Below, in pieces: positions 14,926 to 25,801 of a stretch of DNA of 64,000 bases (within the stretch, counting starts at the first letter, position 1; the number at the start of each line of letters is the position of its first letter). Made by a program: the position numbers and the translations under genes. This DNA is from Nitrospirota bacterium. GTDB lineage: Bacteria; Nitrospirota; Thermodesulfovibrionia; Thermodesulfovibrionales; Dissulfurispiraceae. The stretch spans positions 1,568,001 through 1,632,000 of the forward strand of contig CAWBMP010000004.1 in the NCBI GenBank assembly GCA_963790025.1, written 5' to 3'. The notes under the pieces were generated by a model. That model saw only the letters and a list, made by a program, of their open reading frames with translations. It was not told the origin of the DNA and made no database searches.

Positions 14926-15254
14926 GGCTGTCTTTGCACTGGATATATATCCTGATAGCCGGGATATTTGAGATTGGGTGGATCTTCAGCCTCAAATCGA
15001 CCCATGGATTCACCCGGTTCATGCCTATGATTACTTATGCCATCTGCGGGTTCGGAGCGGCCTTTTTCCTTTCACAGGCCATGAAGTCCCTGCCGATGGG
15101 CACAAGCTATGCAGTCTGGGTCGGGATCGCTATAGTCGGCAGCAATGTCCTCGGCATGGCCTATATGGGGGAACCTTATAGCCTGCCGAGGATCACATTT
15201 ATACTCTTCATAACAGTGGGAGTAATAGGGCTAAAGCTGTCGTCATCAAGTTAG
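14922..15254 (+). CDS. SMR/DMT family small multidrug transporter (SugE/Gdx-like)
   Basis: WIYILIAGIFEIGW with membrane Glu, PMGTSYAVWVGI, GVIGLKL; 4 hydrophobic segments. Confidence 0.88.
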   Translation: MRLSLHWIYILIAGIFEIGWIFSLKSTHGFTRFMPMITYAICGFGAAFFLSQAMKSLPMGTSYAVWVGIAIVGSNVLGMAYMGEPYSLPRITFILFITVGVIGLKLSSSS

Positions 15255-16973
15255 CTGGGCTTCTCCGGGATTCTTCCATATAAACTCGAAATTGCAGATA
15301 ATCACCAGCGGGCTGCCGGTAGCGTTTTTCACTAATTCGCCGTTGCTGTCAATGGCCAGGAGCAGGTCATTGGGCTTCAATAACGATCCATCATAGCCGG
15401 CATTCCTGAGATTCTCTTTTACCTTCTCTACCATCATACGGAATTGTGACTCATCGATAAGGCCGCGATAGACAGCCTTGGGAAGATCTATTGGGACATG
15501 CAGCGGCCCGGTTTGTTGGGCAACCCAACGGTCCGGCCCGTTATAATAGCCCCGGATGGTAATGTAATTATGATTTTCCTGCAGGATAGGATTGCCTTCC
15601 GGATCCAGGATATTTTTGTGTGATTCATATCTTCTAAGGTCCGCTGATGCCTCTACTTTGGTGCTGCCCGTCATATAAATAGCCCTCACGTACACGCAGG
15701 GGATGCCGAGTTGCGTCAACTTTTGGGCAATGGCAAATTCTTCAAAAGGACTATTGATGCCGAATTCACGTATCCTGAAAGAATATTCTTCCTCGCTCTC
15801 ATTCGGAAGCTCGCCGACGCGGGACGTTTCCCAGACAAGATGAATGTTGTCCTTGGTGATGGTATAGAATATGTCCTTGGGTTCGGACAACCTGATAGAA
15901 GGTGTTTTCCTCCACCGTTCAGGGAGAAAATAGTCGAATAAGCGGGCATTCTTTCCTACCACCCAAAGATGTCCGCCCGTACTTTCAGCGTGCCCATATA
16001 TGTAAGGCACGCCGAAGATCTCCATGACGGATAAATGGGCGGGCAGGGAAGTCGGGATAAACCGATCACGCTGATCATCCAGATAGGTATGTCTTTTGAA
16101 GTGTTTCACTTGGTCTTCGTGCTCGGCAGTGCGCAGCAGCAACTCATAATCAACCACTGAATACCTGCCCTGATTTACAAGTTGATAAATGTAGTCTATC
16201 TGGTCTTTCGAGGGATCAATTGCCCTGGTACAGCCGATCTCTTCAATGCGTTTTGTGTCTTCTCCGCCGATAATGACATGCTCAGGTTTCATGTCAGCCA
16301 CCAGATACCCCTTCTGATTAAGGTCCGACATCGCGTGGGAATTTATTTTTGTCAGGTGATGGATTTTTTCCTCAGTATTGATATCAACATGTCCGAAAAC
16401 TTCCTTTATATTGCGTCCTTCTATCCATTCGTAAATGAGCTTATATTGTTTGAGAATATCGACGTCTATGCCGGGATGCTTGGCTCGGATGCGGTTGATT
16501 CTCGCCTTGGACCTGCCGCTCTGCCACATCTGCATCTTTTCAGGCGGGACATAGATTGCAAGAGGACGCTGGGTCTTTATTTTCAGATCTCTCGGCCCGT
16601 GCCCGCCTTCCCTCATCTCCATAACCAGGGAGAACTCTTCCCAGGGGCTGTTAAATTCTGCGTCGCAAAACTCCTGCAGGGTATGGGTATTGAAAGGCAC
16701 ATCTTCACCGACGCGGCAATTCTTGACAACAAGATCGAGGCTTTTGCCGTCGACCTCTCTTGTAGGTAAGCGGTAGACAGATCCAGTGCCTTCAAGCCTG
16801 ACCTTATATGTATTGAACCAGCTTCTTTCATACCAGTTATACGAATCCAAATGCTCCTGGTATTGCTCAGCAAAGCGGGTCAAATAAAGGTCGCCGCCAT
16901 CAGAGGTTTTCACGTGTGCATACACGACCCCTAATACATTAACAAGAGTTTTTTTAGCGGTCTTTGTATGCAT
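15246..16973 (-). CDS. Hypothetical protein with two tandem protein-kinase-like (RIO/Kdo-like) domains
   Basis: internal duplication RVGE..NSP[WF]EEF..AIY; first copy has LVVK, DMKPEH, VVDYE. Confidence 0.6.
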   Translation of the reverse strand: MHTKTAKKTLVNVLGVVYAHVKTSDGGDLYLTRFAEQYQEHLDSYNWYERSWFNTYKVRLEGTGSVYRLPTREVDGKSLDLVVKNCRVGEDVPFNTHTLQEFCDAEFNSPWEEFSLVMEMREGGHGPRDLKIKTQRPLAIYVPPEKMQMWQSGRSKARINRIRAKHPGIDVDILKQYKLIYEWIEGRNIKEVFGHVDINTEEKIHHLTKINSHAMSDLNQKGYLVADMKPEHVIIGGEDTKRIEEIGCTRAIDPSKDQIDYIYQLVNQGRYSVVDYELLLRTAEHEDQVKHFKRHTYLDDQRDRFIPTSLPAHLSVMEIFGVPYIYGHAESTGGHLWVVGKNARLFDYFLPERWRKTPSIRLSEPKDIFYTITKDNIHLVWETSRVGELPNESEEEYSFRIREFGINSPFEEFAIAQKLTQLGIPCVYVRAIYMTGSTKVEASADLRRYESHKNILDPEGNPILQENHNYITIRGYYNGPDRWVAQQTGPLHVPIDLPKAVYRGLIDESQFRMMVEKVKENLRNAGYDGSLLKPNDLLLAIDSNGELVKNATGSPLVIICNFEFIWKNPGEAQLT

Positions 16974-16991
16974 ATGCCCAGCAGGGACATC

Positions 16992-18791
16992 TCATCCGAG
17001 CCGCTTGACGAATTCCTGAAACTGCCTTCTCAGTCTTTCCGGCATGTGATCACCGAACGTTGCAAAGTGATTTTCGATATCAGGAATTTCAGCCTTCCAC
17101 GCAACGGTATCTATGCTCATCAGCTCTTTCATGTCCTCATGAGGCAAAGCAAGCCCGGTCAGATCAAGGTCTCCCTCATTGGGCAACAGACCTATCGGGG
17201 TTTTCACTGCCCCCACTTTGCCTTCGACTCGCTCACACATCCACTTAAGAACTCGGCTGTTGTCACTGAACCCTGGCCACAAAAATTTGCCCTGGGCGCC
17301 CTTCCTGAACCAGTTTACATAAAAAATCCTCGGGGCCTTAGTGCCAAGCCGGTCACCCATAGCAAGCCAGTGCCCGAAATAGTCACCCATGTTGTAGCCG
17401 CAAAACGGCTTCATGGCGAAAGGATCGCGTCTGACATTGCCCACAGCACCGATATTGGCGGCAGTCGTCTCCGAGGCTGCTGTAGCGCCGACGAAAACCC
17501 CGTGGTCCCAGTTATAGGCCTCGTACACAAGCGGCACAACACCGGCGCGGCGGCCTCCGAATATAAAAATATCTATGGGCACCCCTTCCGGGTTTTCCCA
17601 ATCTTTAGACATTGCCGGGCACTGGGCAGCAGGGGCTGTAAAGCGTGCATTCGGATGGGCGGCGTCAGAAGTGCTTTGGGGCGTCCAGTCGTTTCCCTTC
17701 CAATCGATTGCATGCACAGGCTCGTCTCCGTCCATGCCCTCCCACCAGATATCGCCATCGTCAGTCAGGGCACAGTTGGTAAAAATAACATTGTTTTTCA
17801 ACGTATCCATTGCAGCGGGATTGGTGCTGTATGATGTGCCTGGAGCCACACCGAAAAAACCGTTTTCAGGGTTAATGGCATAAAGACGCCCGTCAGGCCC
17901 TATCTTCAGCCAGGCGATGTCGTCTCCAAAACATTCGCATTTCCACCCGGAAATCGAGGGGAGCATCATAGCAAGATTAGTTTTGCCGCAGGCAGAAGGA
18001 AATGCAGCTGCAATATGGTACTGTTTTCCCTCCGGATTGGTCAGACGGAGAATCAGCATATGCTCTGCCATCCAGCCTTCGCGTTTGGCCATGGCAGAGG
18101 CGATACGAAGCGCAAGACACTTCTTTCCGAGCAGGGCATTGCCGCCGTAGCCGGAACCGTATGACCAGATCAAATTCTCTTCAGGGAAATGGCTGATGTA
18201 TTTTTGCTCTATAGGAGCGCAGGGCCACAAGCTGTCTTTCTGCCCTTCGGTGATAGGGGCACCGACAGAATGCAGACAGGGGATAAATTCTCCTTCAGTC
18301 CCGAGCAGGTCCAAAATCCGTGAACTGACACGGGTCATGACATGCATGTTGATGACTACATAGGGACTGTCGGTCACCTCAATGCCTATCTTTGAAATAG
18401 GAGAGCCAATAGGCCCCATCGAAAAAGGGATAACATACATGGTACGACCCTTCATACATCCTTTATAGAGATCCAGCATCGTTTTTTTCAGTTCACCGGG
18501 GGCCACCCAATTGTTTGTAGGGCCCGCTTCTTCCCTGGAAGAAGTGCTGATATAAGTACGGTCTTCAATGCGGGCCACATCGCTAGGGTCGGTCCTGAAC
18601 AGAAAACTGTTGACGCGTTTCTTAAGCGGAATGGCAATACCGCTCTTCAGCAGCATTCCAACCATCTGATCATATTCCTCTTTAGATCCATTGCACACAT
18701 AAATACCTTCGGGTTGGCAAAGGTCCGCAACTTCCTTTATCCATCTGCCCAGTTTTTCATTCTTCATCAGCGCATTCATATTTTTTGACAT
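16992..18791 (-). CDS. pckG: Phosphoenolpyruvate carboxykinase (GTP)
   Basis: [56 protein letters not shown]. Confidence 0.97.
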   Translation of the reverse strand: MSKNMNALMKNEKLGRWIKEVADLCQPEGIYVCNGSKEEYDQMVGMLLKSGIAIPLKKRVNSFLFRTDPSDVARIEDRTYISTSSREEAGPTNNWVAPGELKKTMLDLYKGCMKGRTMYVIPFSMGPIGSPISKIGIEVTDSPYVVINMHVMTRVSSRILDLLGTEGEFIPCLHSVGAPITEGQKDSLWPCAPIEQKYISHFPEENLIWSYGSGYGGNALLGKKCLALRIASAMAKREGWMAEHMLILRLTNPEGKQYHIAAAFPSACGKTNLAMMLPSISGWKCECFGDDIAWLKIGPDGRLYAINPENGFFGVAPGTSYSTNPAAMDTLKNNVIFTNCALTDDGDIWWEGMDGDEPVHAIDWKGNDWTPQSTSDAAHPNARFTAPAAQCPAMSKDWENPEGVPIDIFIFGGRRAGVVPLVYEAYNWDHGVFVGATAASETTAANIGAVGNVRRDPFAMKPFCGYNMGDYFGHWLAMGDRLGTKAPRIFYVNWFRKGAQGKFLWPGFSDNSRVLKWMCERVEGKVGAVKTPIGLLPNEGDLDLTGLALPHEDMKELMSIDTVAWKAEIPDIENHFATFGDHMPERLRRQFQEFVKRLG

Positions 18792-18858
18792 ACTCTTTGG
18801 TATCCCCTTTTCTATTTGAAATAGCCTTTACTGCAACCCGCACTGCCGGCGTTACCCG

Positions 18859-19590
18859 CTAGAGGTTTCCACATGCCGGGCATTGGGGGTCGCCATATGA
18901 TTTATATTGATTAAACTCCATGTTTTTACCATCCCAGACGAGAATCCTGCCCTTCAGATTTTTTCCGATGCCGGTTAAGTATTTAATGGCCTCGAGCGCC
19001 TGAAGCGATCCGATAATTCCCGGGGTTGCGCCCACTACCGGAAACACCTCTGAAGGGGGGGCCTCAGGAAACATACATTTAAGACACGGGGTCTCAGGAG
19101 GACTGAGAAAACTGAGCTGTCCCTCCATGCCCCAGATGCTTCCGAAGACCATGGGTATTCTCTTTCGTATTGCAGATTCATTCAGGAGATACCGTGTCGG
19201 GAAGTTATCCATGCAATCGACGATCAATGCCGCATCACCAACAAGATCATCAACATTTTCAGCCACAATTTTATCGGTGATGGCTGTAACGGTGATGTGC
19301 GGATTCAGTTCATTCAGCGTCTGTTTTGCTGAAAGTGCCTTGTTAGTGCCGATTCTGTTATGGTTGTGCAAGATCTGCCTGTTAAGGTTTGACCAGTCAG
19401 GGGAATCGAAATCGCATATCCTGATGTTTCCTATGCCGGCCACCGCGAGGTAAATCGAAACCGGCGAACCGAGGCCGCCGGCGCCGGCAATAAAGACCGT
19501 AGAGGTCTTAAGCCTCTGCTGCGTTTCCTTCCCCCATTTATCCATGATCATTTGACGGGCATAACGCTTTAATTCTTCTTCAGACAACAT
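18859..19590 (-). CDS. HesA/MoeB/ThiF family adenylyltransferase
   Basis: RYARQ, GAGGLGS, SNLNRQ, CLKC...CPAC. Confidence 0.92.
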   Translation of the reverse strand: MLSEEELKRYARQMIMDKWGKETQQRLKTSTVFIAGAGGLGSPVSIYLAVAGIGNIRICDFDSPDWSNLNRQILHNHNRIGTNKALSAKQTLNELNPHITVTAITDKIVAENVDDLVGDAALIVDCMDNFPTRYLLNESAIRKRIPMVFGSIWGMEGQLSFLSPPETPCLKCMFPEAPPSEVFPVVGATPGIIGSLQALEAIKYLTGIGKNLKGRILVWDGKNMEFNQYKSYGDPQCPACGNL

Positions 19591-19599
19591 CGCTTCCCC

Positions 19600-20589
19600 C
19601 TATACCAATCCCATGATTTTTCTGACAACCTTCATCGTCTCTTCTGCCTCGTGCCGCGCCTTTTCAGCGCCTTTTTCCGCTATTTCAAACAACATATCCG
19701 GCCGCTTGACCAGTTCATTGCGTTTATTCCAAATAGGCTCAAGATAGGCAAAAATATTTTTTATGAGTATTTTTTTGCAGTCTATGCAGCCGATTTCAGC
19801 AGTCCGGCACCCATGAACGACATATTCCATTTCATCTTTCGTGGAGAAGATCTTATGCAGCTGGAACACAGGGGACAACTCGGGCTCACCTTTATCGCTC
19901 CTCCTTTTTCTCGCAGGGTCGGTCATCATAGTCCGGATTTTCTTATCAACAATATCAGGTGGATCGCTCAAATAAATGGCGTTGTCATAGCTCTTCGACA
20001 TCTTTCTGCCGTCGAGCCCCACTACCTTGGGGAACTCCGTAAGCAGCCCTTCAGGCTCGGGGAATACATCCGTTGAATAGAGATAGTTGAATCTCCGGGT
20101 AATTTCTCTTGAAATTTCGAGGTGCGGCATTTGGTCAACACCGACAGGCACATGTTTCGCCCTGTATACAATAATGTCGGCTGTCTGAAGCACAGGATAG
20201 CCCAAAAAACCATAGGTTGCAAGATCCTTTTCTTGCAATTGCTCCTGCTTCTCCTTATAAGTAGGCACTCTTTCGAGCCAGCCAAGAGGAGTAATCATGG
20301 ATAAAAGCAAATGCAATTCCGCGTGCTGGGGGACCATAGATTGGATAAATATGGTGGATTTGTCAGGATCAATCCCAGCTGCAATAAAATTTACCAGCAG
20401 GTCTGCCGTGCTGTCCTTTATTGATGAGGGGTCTGCATAGCCGGTGGTAAGAGCGTGCCAATCAGCAACAAAGTAGAAACAGTCGTATCTGTCCTGAAGG
20501 CTTACCCAGTTTTTCAGTGCGCCTACAAGGTTGCCCAGGTGAAGCTTCCCGCTCGCCTGCATCCCGCTCAAAACTCGCTCTTTACTCAT
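19600..20589 (-). CDS. trpS: Tryptophan--tRNA ligase
   Basis: HLGN, YPVLQTADI, VPVGVDQ, KMSKS. Confidence 0.97.
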   Translation of the reverse strand: MSKERVLSGMQASGKLHLGNLVGALKNWVSLQDRYDCFYFVADWHALTTGYADPSSIKDSTADLLVNFIAAGIDPDKSTIFIQSMVPQHAELHLLLSMITPLGWLERVPTYKEKQEQLQEKDLATYGFLGYPVLQTADIIVYRAKHVPVGVDQMPHLEISREITRRFNYLYSTDVFPEPEGLLTEFPKVVGLDGRKMSKSYDNAIYLSDPPDIVDKKIRTMMTDPARKRRSDKGEPELSPVFQLHKIFSTKDEMEYVVHGCRTAEIGCIDCKKILIKNIFAYLEPIWNKRNELVKRPDMLFEIAEKGAEKARHEAEETMKVVRKIMGLV

Positions 20590-20597
20590 AAAATCTC

Positions 20598-21266
20598 CTA
20601 CACCATCCCGACGAGGGCCAGGAGCAGATTTATCAAAGGCATTATTACAGCACTGGCCATGCCGGTCATTACAAGTACGAGGACAATGACCATCCCGAAA
20701 GGTTCGAGTTTGCCTAATATATGTGCCTGTCTGTCAGGCAGAAATCCCATCAGCACCCTGCCGCCGTCCAGCGGCGGAATTGGAATCAAATTAAATGCAG
20801 CAAGAACGACATTTATCAGTATGCTTGCGTTCAGCATCATAGCCATCGGTTTAAGAAATTTTCCAACTACTTCTGCCGATGCACTATCCGCAAACGGCAC
20901 CACTATATGCTTTAAAACTATTACACTGAGAAGCGCAATCAAAAGATTCATCACAGGACCGCCGGCAGCTGAAATGGCCATATCGCGTTTGGGGTTCCTG
21001 AAATTATAGGGATTGATCGGGACGGGTTTTGCATAACCGAAAACGAACTGCCCGTGGGTGGAAACAAGCAGAAGCAAAGGCATGATGATAGTGCCGAATA
21101 AATCAATGTGAGCAACAGGATTCAACGTCAACCTGCCCATCATCTTTGCCGTGGGATCGCCCAATCTGTATGCAACAAGCCCATGCGACACCTCATGCAA
21201 TATGATTGCTACAAGAATCGGGACAGCTGATATAATGATCTGCCTTATAATATATTCAGGTTCCAT
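20598..21266 (-). CDS. Site-2 protease (M50) family
   Basis: HEVSH, FNLIPIPPLDG. Confidence 0.93.
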   Translation of the reverse strand: MEPEYIIRQIIISAVPILVAIILHEVSHGLVAYRLGDPTAKMMGRLTLNPVAHIDLFGTIIMPLLLLVSTHGQFVFGYAKPVPINPYNFRNPKRDMAISAAGGPVMNLLIALLSVIVLKHIVVPFADSASAEVVGKFLKPMAMMLNASILINVVLAAFNLIPIPPLDGGRVLMGFLPDRQAHILGKLEPFGMVIVLVLVMTGMASAVIMPLINLLLALVGMV

Positions 21267-21441
21267 TTCGCCAGGCTCCAGTTAGAAGTCAAATCAGTCA
21301 AGCAAAACCCGCTGTCAATCTTGGGGTGCGGTTAGGCAGAATGTACTAATGCTTACAGTGCGTTATCCGCAGTTTAGACCATTACAACAGGAGTGCTATT
21401 ATGTCATATTAAATTGTAAAAGGTAAAGAGAAACCGAACGT

Positions 21442-21759
21442 TTATTCTCTGCTTTCCTGGAAAAACCCGATGATGAAAATAACTATCATGACAATGCCTG
21501 ACAAGGCATAAACTACCAGGCCCCAGGTTGTATTGCCGAGACGGTCGATAAAATACTCTCTGTTTGATATAAAGCCCCAATAAAAGACAAAGCAATAAGT
21601 AATCAGCAGCCCTAACTTGTGTCTGCCGAACAAGAGGCAGAATGAATTAATCACAACAAAAAGCATTACCTGTCCAAAGGGGAGCGCCAACAAATCTTTT
21701 TCAGAAACAAACTCTGAAATAAACGCCGCTACAGCATTAAAGAAATGCCCGGTCCCCAT
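21442..21759 (-). CDS. Hypothetical membrane protein
   Basis: 105-aa ORF with three hydrophobic segments. Confidence 0.6.
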   Translation of the reverse strand: MGTGHFFNAVAAFISEFVSEKDLLALPFGQVMLFVVINSFCLLFGRHKLGLLITYCFVFYWGFISNREYFIDRLGNTTWGLVVYALSGIVMIVIFIIGFFQESRE

Positions 21760-21814
21760 ACGATAAATGTCTCACACCCTGCCCCGGCTTGTCAACCCGT
21801 TAACAGGCGATAGG

Positions 21815-23923
21815 CTATTTCAGCAGCCTTGAAGAATTCATAAAAACCAGCACATCAGGCATCACGTGGGCAACCGCAGCCATTGCAGGAGATAGTATCC
21901 CGGCTGATGCAAGACTGATCCCCACTATGTTGAAAAGAATTCCTGCCGTCAGGTTCTGTCTTATCACTCTTAAAGTATCTCTTCCTATTCTGACCGCCTC
22001 AGGGACCTGCTTCCATTCGTCGCGCATCAGCGCAACATCAGACGCCTCGATTGCCGCACCCGAACCCATGGCCCCCATAGCCACGCCGACGTGCGCCTGT
22101 GCAAGGGCAGGGGCATCATTGATTCCATCGCCAATCATGAGAATAATTTTCCCCTGGGACGCCAGCTCTTTTATCTTTTTCACCTTATCTTCCGGTAATA
22201 ACCGGGCCATAACATTCTTTATTCCGAGTGTTGAGGCAATAACCTGTGCTGTGCGCTCGTTGTCACCGGTCATCATAATAGGGTCATCAAACCCCAGCCT
22301 CTTCAGATCATTGATAGCCTCGACTGTCCCTTCCCTGATAACGTCAGCAATGCTTATTACGCCGCAAACCGTATTGTCGTGCGCGACGATGAGGACAGTC
22401 TTTCCCTCATCCTCCCTGTCTCTGATATAGTGTTCGATATCTTTCGAAATGAGGACCTTCCTGCTGAACAGGATTTCCCTGCTGCCCAGTAGTATCGAAG
22501 CGCCCTCAATGCCGGCCTCTATTCCCATGCCGGGGACCACACTGCAATGGTCCGGCTCCGGAACGGCAATGTTCATTTCCGATGCCTTCTTGATTATCGC
22601 TCTGGCAAGAGGATGCTCGGAATACCGTTCGGCCGCAGCGGTATATGCCATTACCCGGTCATCATTGTACCCGCCGAAACCTTTGATATCAGTGACTACA
22701 GGGTCTCCAAGCGTAAGCGTTCCCGTCTTGTCCATTACCAGCGTATCCACCTTTGCCAGTGTCTCAAGGTAAAGACCGCCTTTTATGATAATCCCCTTCT
22801 TTGCCGCCTTCCCCATACTGGCGACCATGGCGAGTGGAGTTGCGATAGCCACAGTACAGGGACACGCTACCACAACCACTGCAATAGCATTTGTTATTTT
22901 CCATGTTAGAAGAAACACCAGGACAGCGATAGCGAGAATAGAGGGGGTGAAGTACAGAGCAAACCTGTCGGCGACCTTCTGCACCCGTGACTTGGATGAT
23001 TCCGCTTCTTCCACTAGCCTGATTATCCGTGAGTAAGTCGTATCAGCGCCTGTATGTGTGACCTTTACAAAAAGGATGCCGAGATGGTTAATCGTGGCCG
23101 CATATACGTGGTCGCCCTCTTTTTTCTCGACCGGCAAAGATTCACCGGTAATCGGCGACTGATTCACCGCACTTTTCCCGGAAATAATGACCCCTTCGAC
23201 AGGTATCTTCTCTCCCGGCCTGATCACAGCTATATCGCCGGGCGTGACCTCGTCAACAGGTATTTCCACCTCTGTATCGCCCCGTTTTACCCGCGCAGTT
23301 TTCGGCGCCATCCCGATAAGTTCCTTTATCGCACCCCTCGATCTCTCCAGGGTAAAGGAATCAAGAAGCTCGGCAATAAGCATAAAAAACGCGATAATTG
23401 CAGCAGAACGGAATTCTCCGATTGCCGCTGCAGCCGACAATCCCAAAGCCATGAAGACATCTGCAGTAATCGCTTTCTCCCTGAGATCGGCAAACGCATG
23501 CCTGATAAGCGGATAACCTCCGATGGCAATGGCGACGATCGAAACCAGGTCTGCAGTGACTCCGAGAACCGTTTCCTTTTTCCGGATATAGCTGAGTATG
23601 ATAAGAAAAAACACAATACCTATCCTGGAAAGCTCAAACATCCAGGTATGTTCCGCAATTAACCTCTCAGTCCATGCTTTTCCTGATCCGGCATCATTTG
23701 GGGGAACTTTGAAGCCAAGTCCGTCAATAGCGTCAAGGATCTTTTTTTCTGTAGTCGCAGAGGGATCGAACCGCACTTCTATCTTCATTGTGCTCAGGTA
23801 AATGGCAACGCCGTGCACCCCTTCATATCGCATCAATGTTCTCTCTATCTTTTCCGCGCACGCAGCGCAATCAAGTCCGCCAACTTCGATGCTCAGTAGT
23901 TGTGTATTCAATGGTTCCTTCAT
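21815..23923 (-). CDS. Heavy-metal P1B-type ATPase
   Basis: GLDCAAC HMA domain, [24 protein letters not shown]. Confidence 0.95.
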   Translation of the reverse strand: MKEPLNTQLLSIEVGGLDCAACAEKIERTLMRYEGVHGVAIYLSTMKIEVRFDPSATTEKKILDAIDGLGFKVPPNDAGSGKAWTERLIAEHTWMFELSRIGIVFFLIILSYIRKKETVLGVTADLVSIVAIAIGGYPLIRHAFADLREKAITADVFMALGLSAAAAIGEFRSAAIIAFFMLIAELLDSFTLERSRGAIKELIGMAPKTARVKRGDTEVEIPVDEVTPGDIAVIRPGEKIPVEGVIISGKSAVNQSPITGESLPVEKKEGDHVYAATINHLGILFVKVTHTGADTTYSRIIRLVEEAESSKSRVQKVADRFALYFTPSILAIAVLVFLLTWKITNAIAVVVVACPCTVAIATPLAMVASMGKAAKKGIIIKGGLYLETLAKVDTLVMDKTGTLTLGDPVVTDIKGFGGYNDDRVMAYTAAAERYSEHPLARAIIKKASEMNIAVPEPDHCSVVPGMGIEAGIEGASILLGSREILFSRKVLISKDIEHYIRDREDEGKTVLIVAHDNTVCGVISIADVIREGTVEAINDLKRLGFDDPIMMTGDNERTAQVIASTLGIKNVMARLLPEDKVKKIKELASQGKIILMIGDGINDAPALAQAHVGVAMGAMGSGAAIEASDVALMRDEWKQVPEAVRIGRDTLRVIRQNLTAGILFNIVGISLASAGILSPAMAAVAHVMPDVLVFMNSSRLLK

Positions 23924-23963
23924 AGTGTTCAATTATACATCTAAAAATGCGTATAATAAACTT

Positions 23964-24548
23964 ATGAAGAACATTGTCCTTGCAATCACAGGCGCAAGCG
24001 GCGCTCCCCTCGGCGTGAGGGTGCTGAAAGAACTTCTGAAGACAGCTTCGGTCCACCTAATCATATCTTCAAATACTTTTCCCATTATTGCCGATGAAAC
24101 CGGCCTTAATTTTACACCTGGCCCCGAAAGCAAAATCAAAAACCATTTCGCTACGAACAATCTGTTTTTTTATGAAGACAGGCAGATGGAAGCGCCCATA
24201 GCAAGCGGTTCTTTTAAAACCGATGGCATGCTGATTGTGCCATGTTCCATGAAGACCCTGGCAGGCATTGCAAATGGCTATGCAAACAATCTGATTGAGA
24301 GGGCCGCTGACGTTACGATAAAGGAAGGCCGGCATCTTCTCCTTGCCCCCCGTGAAATGCCCTTCAGTGCAATCCACCTGGAAAACATGCTGAAGCTTTC
24401 ACGGCTCGGTGTCACCATTGCCCCGCCTGTTCTTGCATTTTATCATCACCCTGAAAATCTTGACGCAATGATCGATTTCATCACCGGGAAGATCCTGGAC
24501 AGTTTCGGTATCGAACATGCACTATTCAAAAGGTGGGGCAATGTTTGA
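23964..24548 (+). CDS. ubiX: Flavin prenyltransferase
   Basis: ITGASG, APIASGS, PCSMKT, RAADVTIKE, PREMP; start placed at MKNIVL. Confidence 0.93.
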   Translation: MKNIVLAITGASGAPLGVRVLKELLKTASVHLIISSNTFPIIADETGLNFTPGPESKIKNHFATNNLFFYEDRQMEAPIASGSFKTDGMLIVPCSMKTLAGIANGYANNLIERAADVTIKEGRHLLLAPREMPFSAIHLENMLKLSRLGVTIAPPVLAFYHHPENLDAMIDFITGKILDSFGIEHALFKRWGNV

Positions 24549-24592
24549 CTTATGTCAAAGACGGCAAAAATGTTTTTTGATAGACTAAAATC

Positions 24593-24862
24593 ATGAAAGA
24601 GAGCTGCCCAGGAAGCAAGGAAATAACAAGGCCATACCCGGAAGAATTGATCTGTGCCTACTGCACGCACAAAAACGAGATCTGGACGGACGAGCCCGAC
24701 ATGATCTGCAGAGGGTGCGGTAAGACTATAACCCGGGACATGATCCCCTCGTGTATTCAGTGGTGTCCGGCTGCAAGGGAATGCATCGGCCACGCGAAGT
24801 ATGAAAGGCTCATGAAAAAGCTGAACGAGCAGGAAAAGTTAGCAGACGCCTCAAAAAAATGA
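24593..24862 (+). CDS. Small Cys-rich (zinc-ribbon-like) protein
   Basis: CPG..CxxC..EIWTDE..CxxC..SCIQWC..AREC. Confidence 0.7.
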   Translation: MKESCPGSKEITRPYPEELICAYCTHKNEIWTDEPDMICRGCGKTITRDMIPSCIQWCPAARECIGHAKYERLMKKLNEQEKLADASKK

Positions 24863-24864
24863 TT

Positions 24865-25065
24865 CTATAATTTTCTGCCTGCTCCCTCTGCGGCCATTAC
24901 AACGGTGCACATAAGGGCCGACGCCCATATAGTATCTGAACGTGAAAGCTGATATTCGCAGGTCGAGTCGAAAAACAGGTCCACCTTTGCTGGGAATTCC
25001 TCATCTTCGAGCCATAACACCAGCGTTATCGGGACCCGCGGCAGCGGGTAGAGCCTGAGACAGGA
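24865..25065 (-). pseudogene. 3' remnant of a DUF3786-like gene
   Basis: reads LRLYPLPRVPITLVLWLEDEEFPAKVDLFFDSTC...; in-frame stop at 25084-25086 and no start codon before the conserved block. Confidence 0.6.
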
Positions 25066-25100
25066 ATGACAAACAGACGGAGTTTATGAACAGACACTAG

Positions 25101-25667
25101 TTAGCGGTCAAATGCAGTAATATCAGCAGGGTAGGTTATTGATTTATTGGCTACCTTGGCCCAAGGCGTGAGCGTATGGTCTTTGATGGAATGTGCATTT
25201 ATTATGTGTCTGACCTGGATTCCCCGAATCAGGAGCGCATCGCCTATCAGTGACCGATGGCATCGCCATGGTACAGCCTCTGCACACATGACCGCCGTTG
25301 TCTTTTCTTCCGATATCCTGATCAGGTTTTCGATATTCTCTTTAAACTCTTCAGTCTGCATGTAATCGGCGAATCCCCGAAAGGACGCATTTTTCCATGC
25401 CGTGTTCTGAGAGTCTTTAAGTGGATGGCGTAATCCGCCAAGTCCTTTAAGATGCAGGTATTCAATCCCAGCTTCTTTCAAACTTTTCTCCAGCACGTCC
25501 CCGTTAAATTGAGGGTTATGACGTGATTTCGGGATTGTCCTGATATCCACCACATTTTTTATCTCATAGCACTTCAGGAGTTCTAAGAATTCAGGGGTCT
25601 GCCTTGTAGAATGGCCCACGGTAAATATAACTGTCTTCCGGGCTAATTTAGAAGAAGAGGAACGCAT
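25101..25667 (-). CDS. DUF488 family protein
   Basis: FTVGHS, VDIRTIPKSR.NPQF, LGG.R, MCAEAVPWRCHR. Confidence 0.9.
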   Translation of the reverse strand: MRSSSSKLARKTVIFTVGHSTRQTPEFLELLKCYEIKNVVDIRTIPKSRHNPQFNGDVLEKSLKEAGIEYLHLKGLGGLRHPLKDSQNTAWKNASFRGFADYMQTEEFKENIENLIRISEEKTTAVMCAEAVPWRCHRSLIGDALLIRGIQVRHIINAHSIKDHTLTPWAKVANKSITYPADITAFDR

Positions 25668-25801
25668 TGTGCTTACATTATACTGCAAAAAAAGCCTCCC
25701 GGAAGCAATTAGAAGCCTAATATATACCTTATTTCCCGTATACGCATTGCTGGCTCCAAATTCGAATGTGGTACAATGATACCGGGCAGGTAAAGCTGAT
25801 A

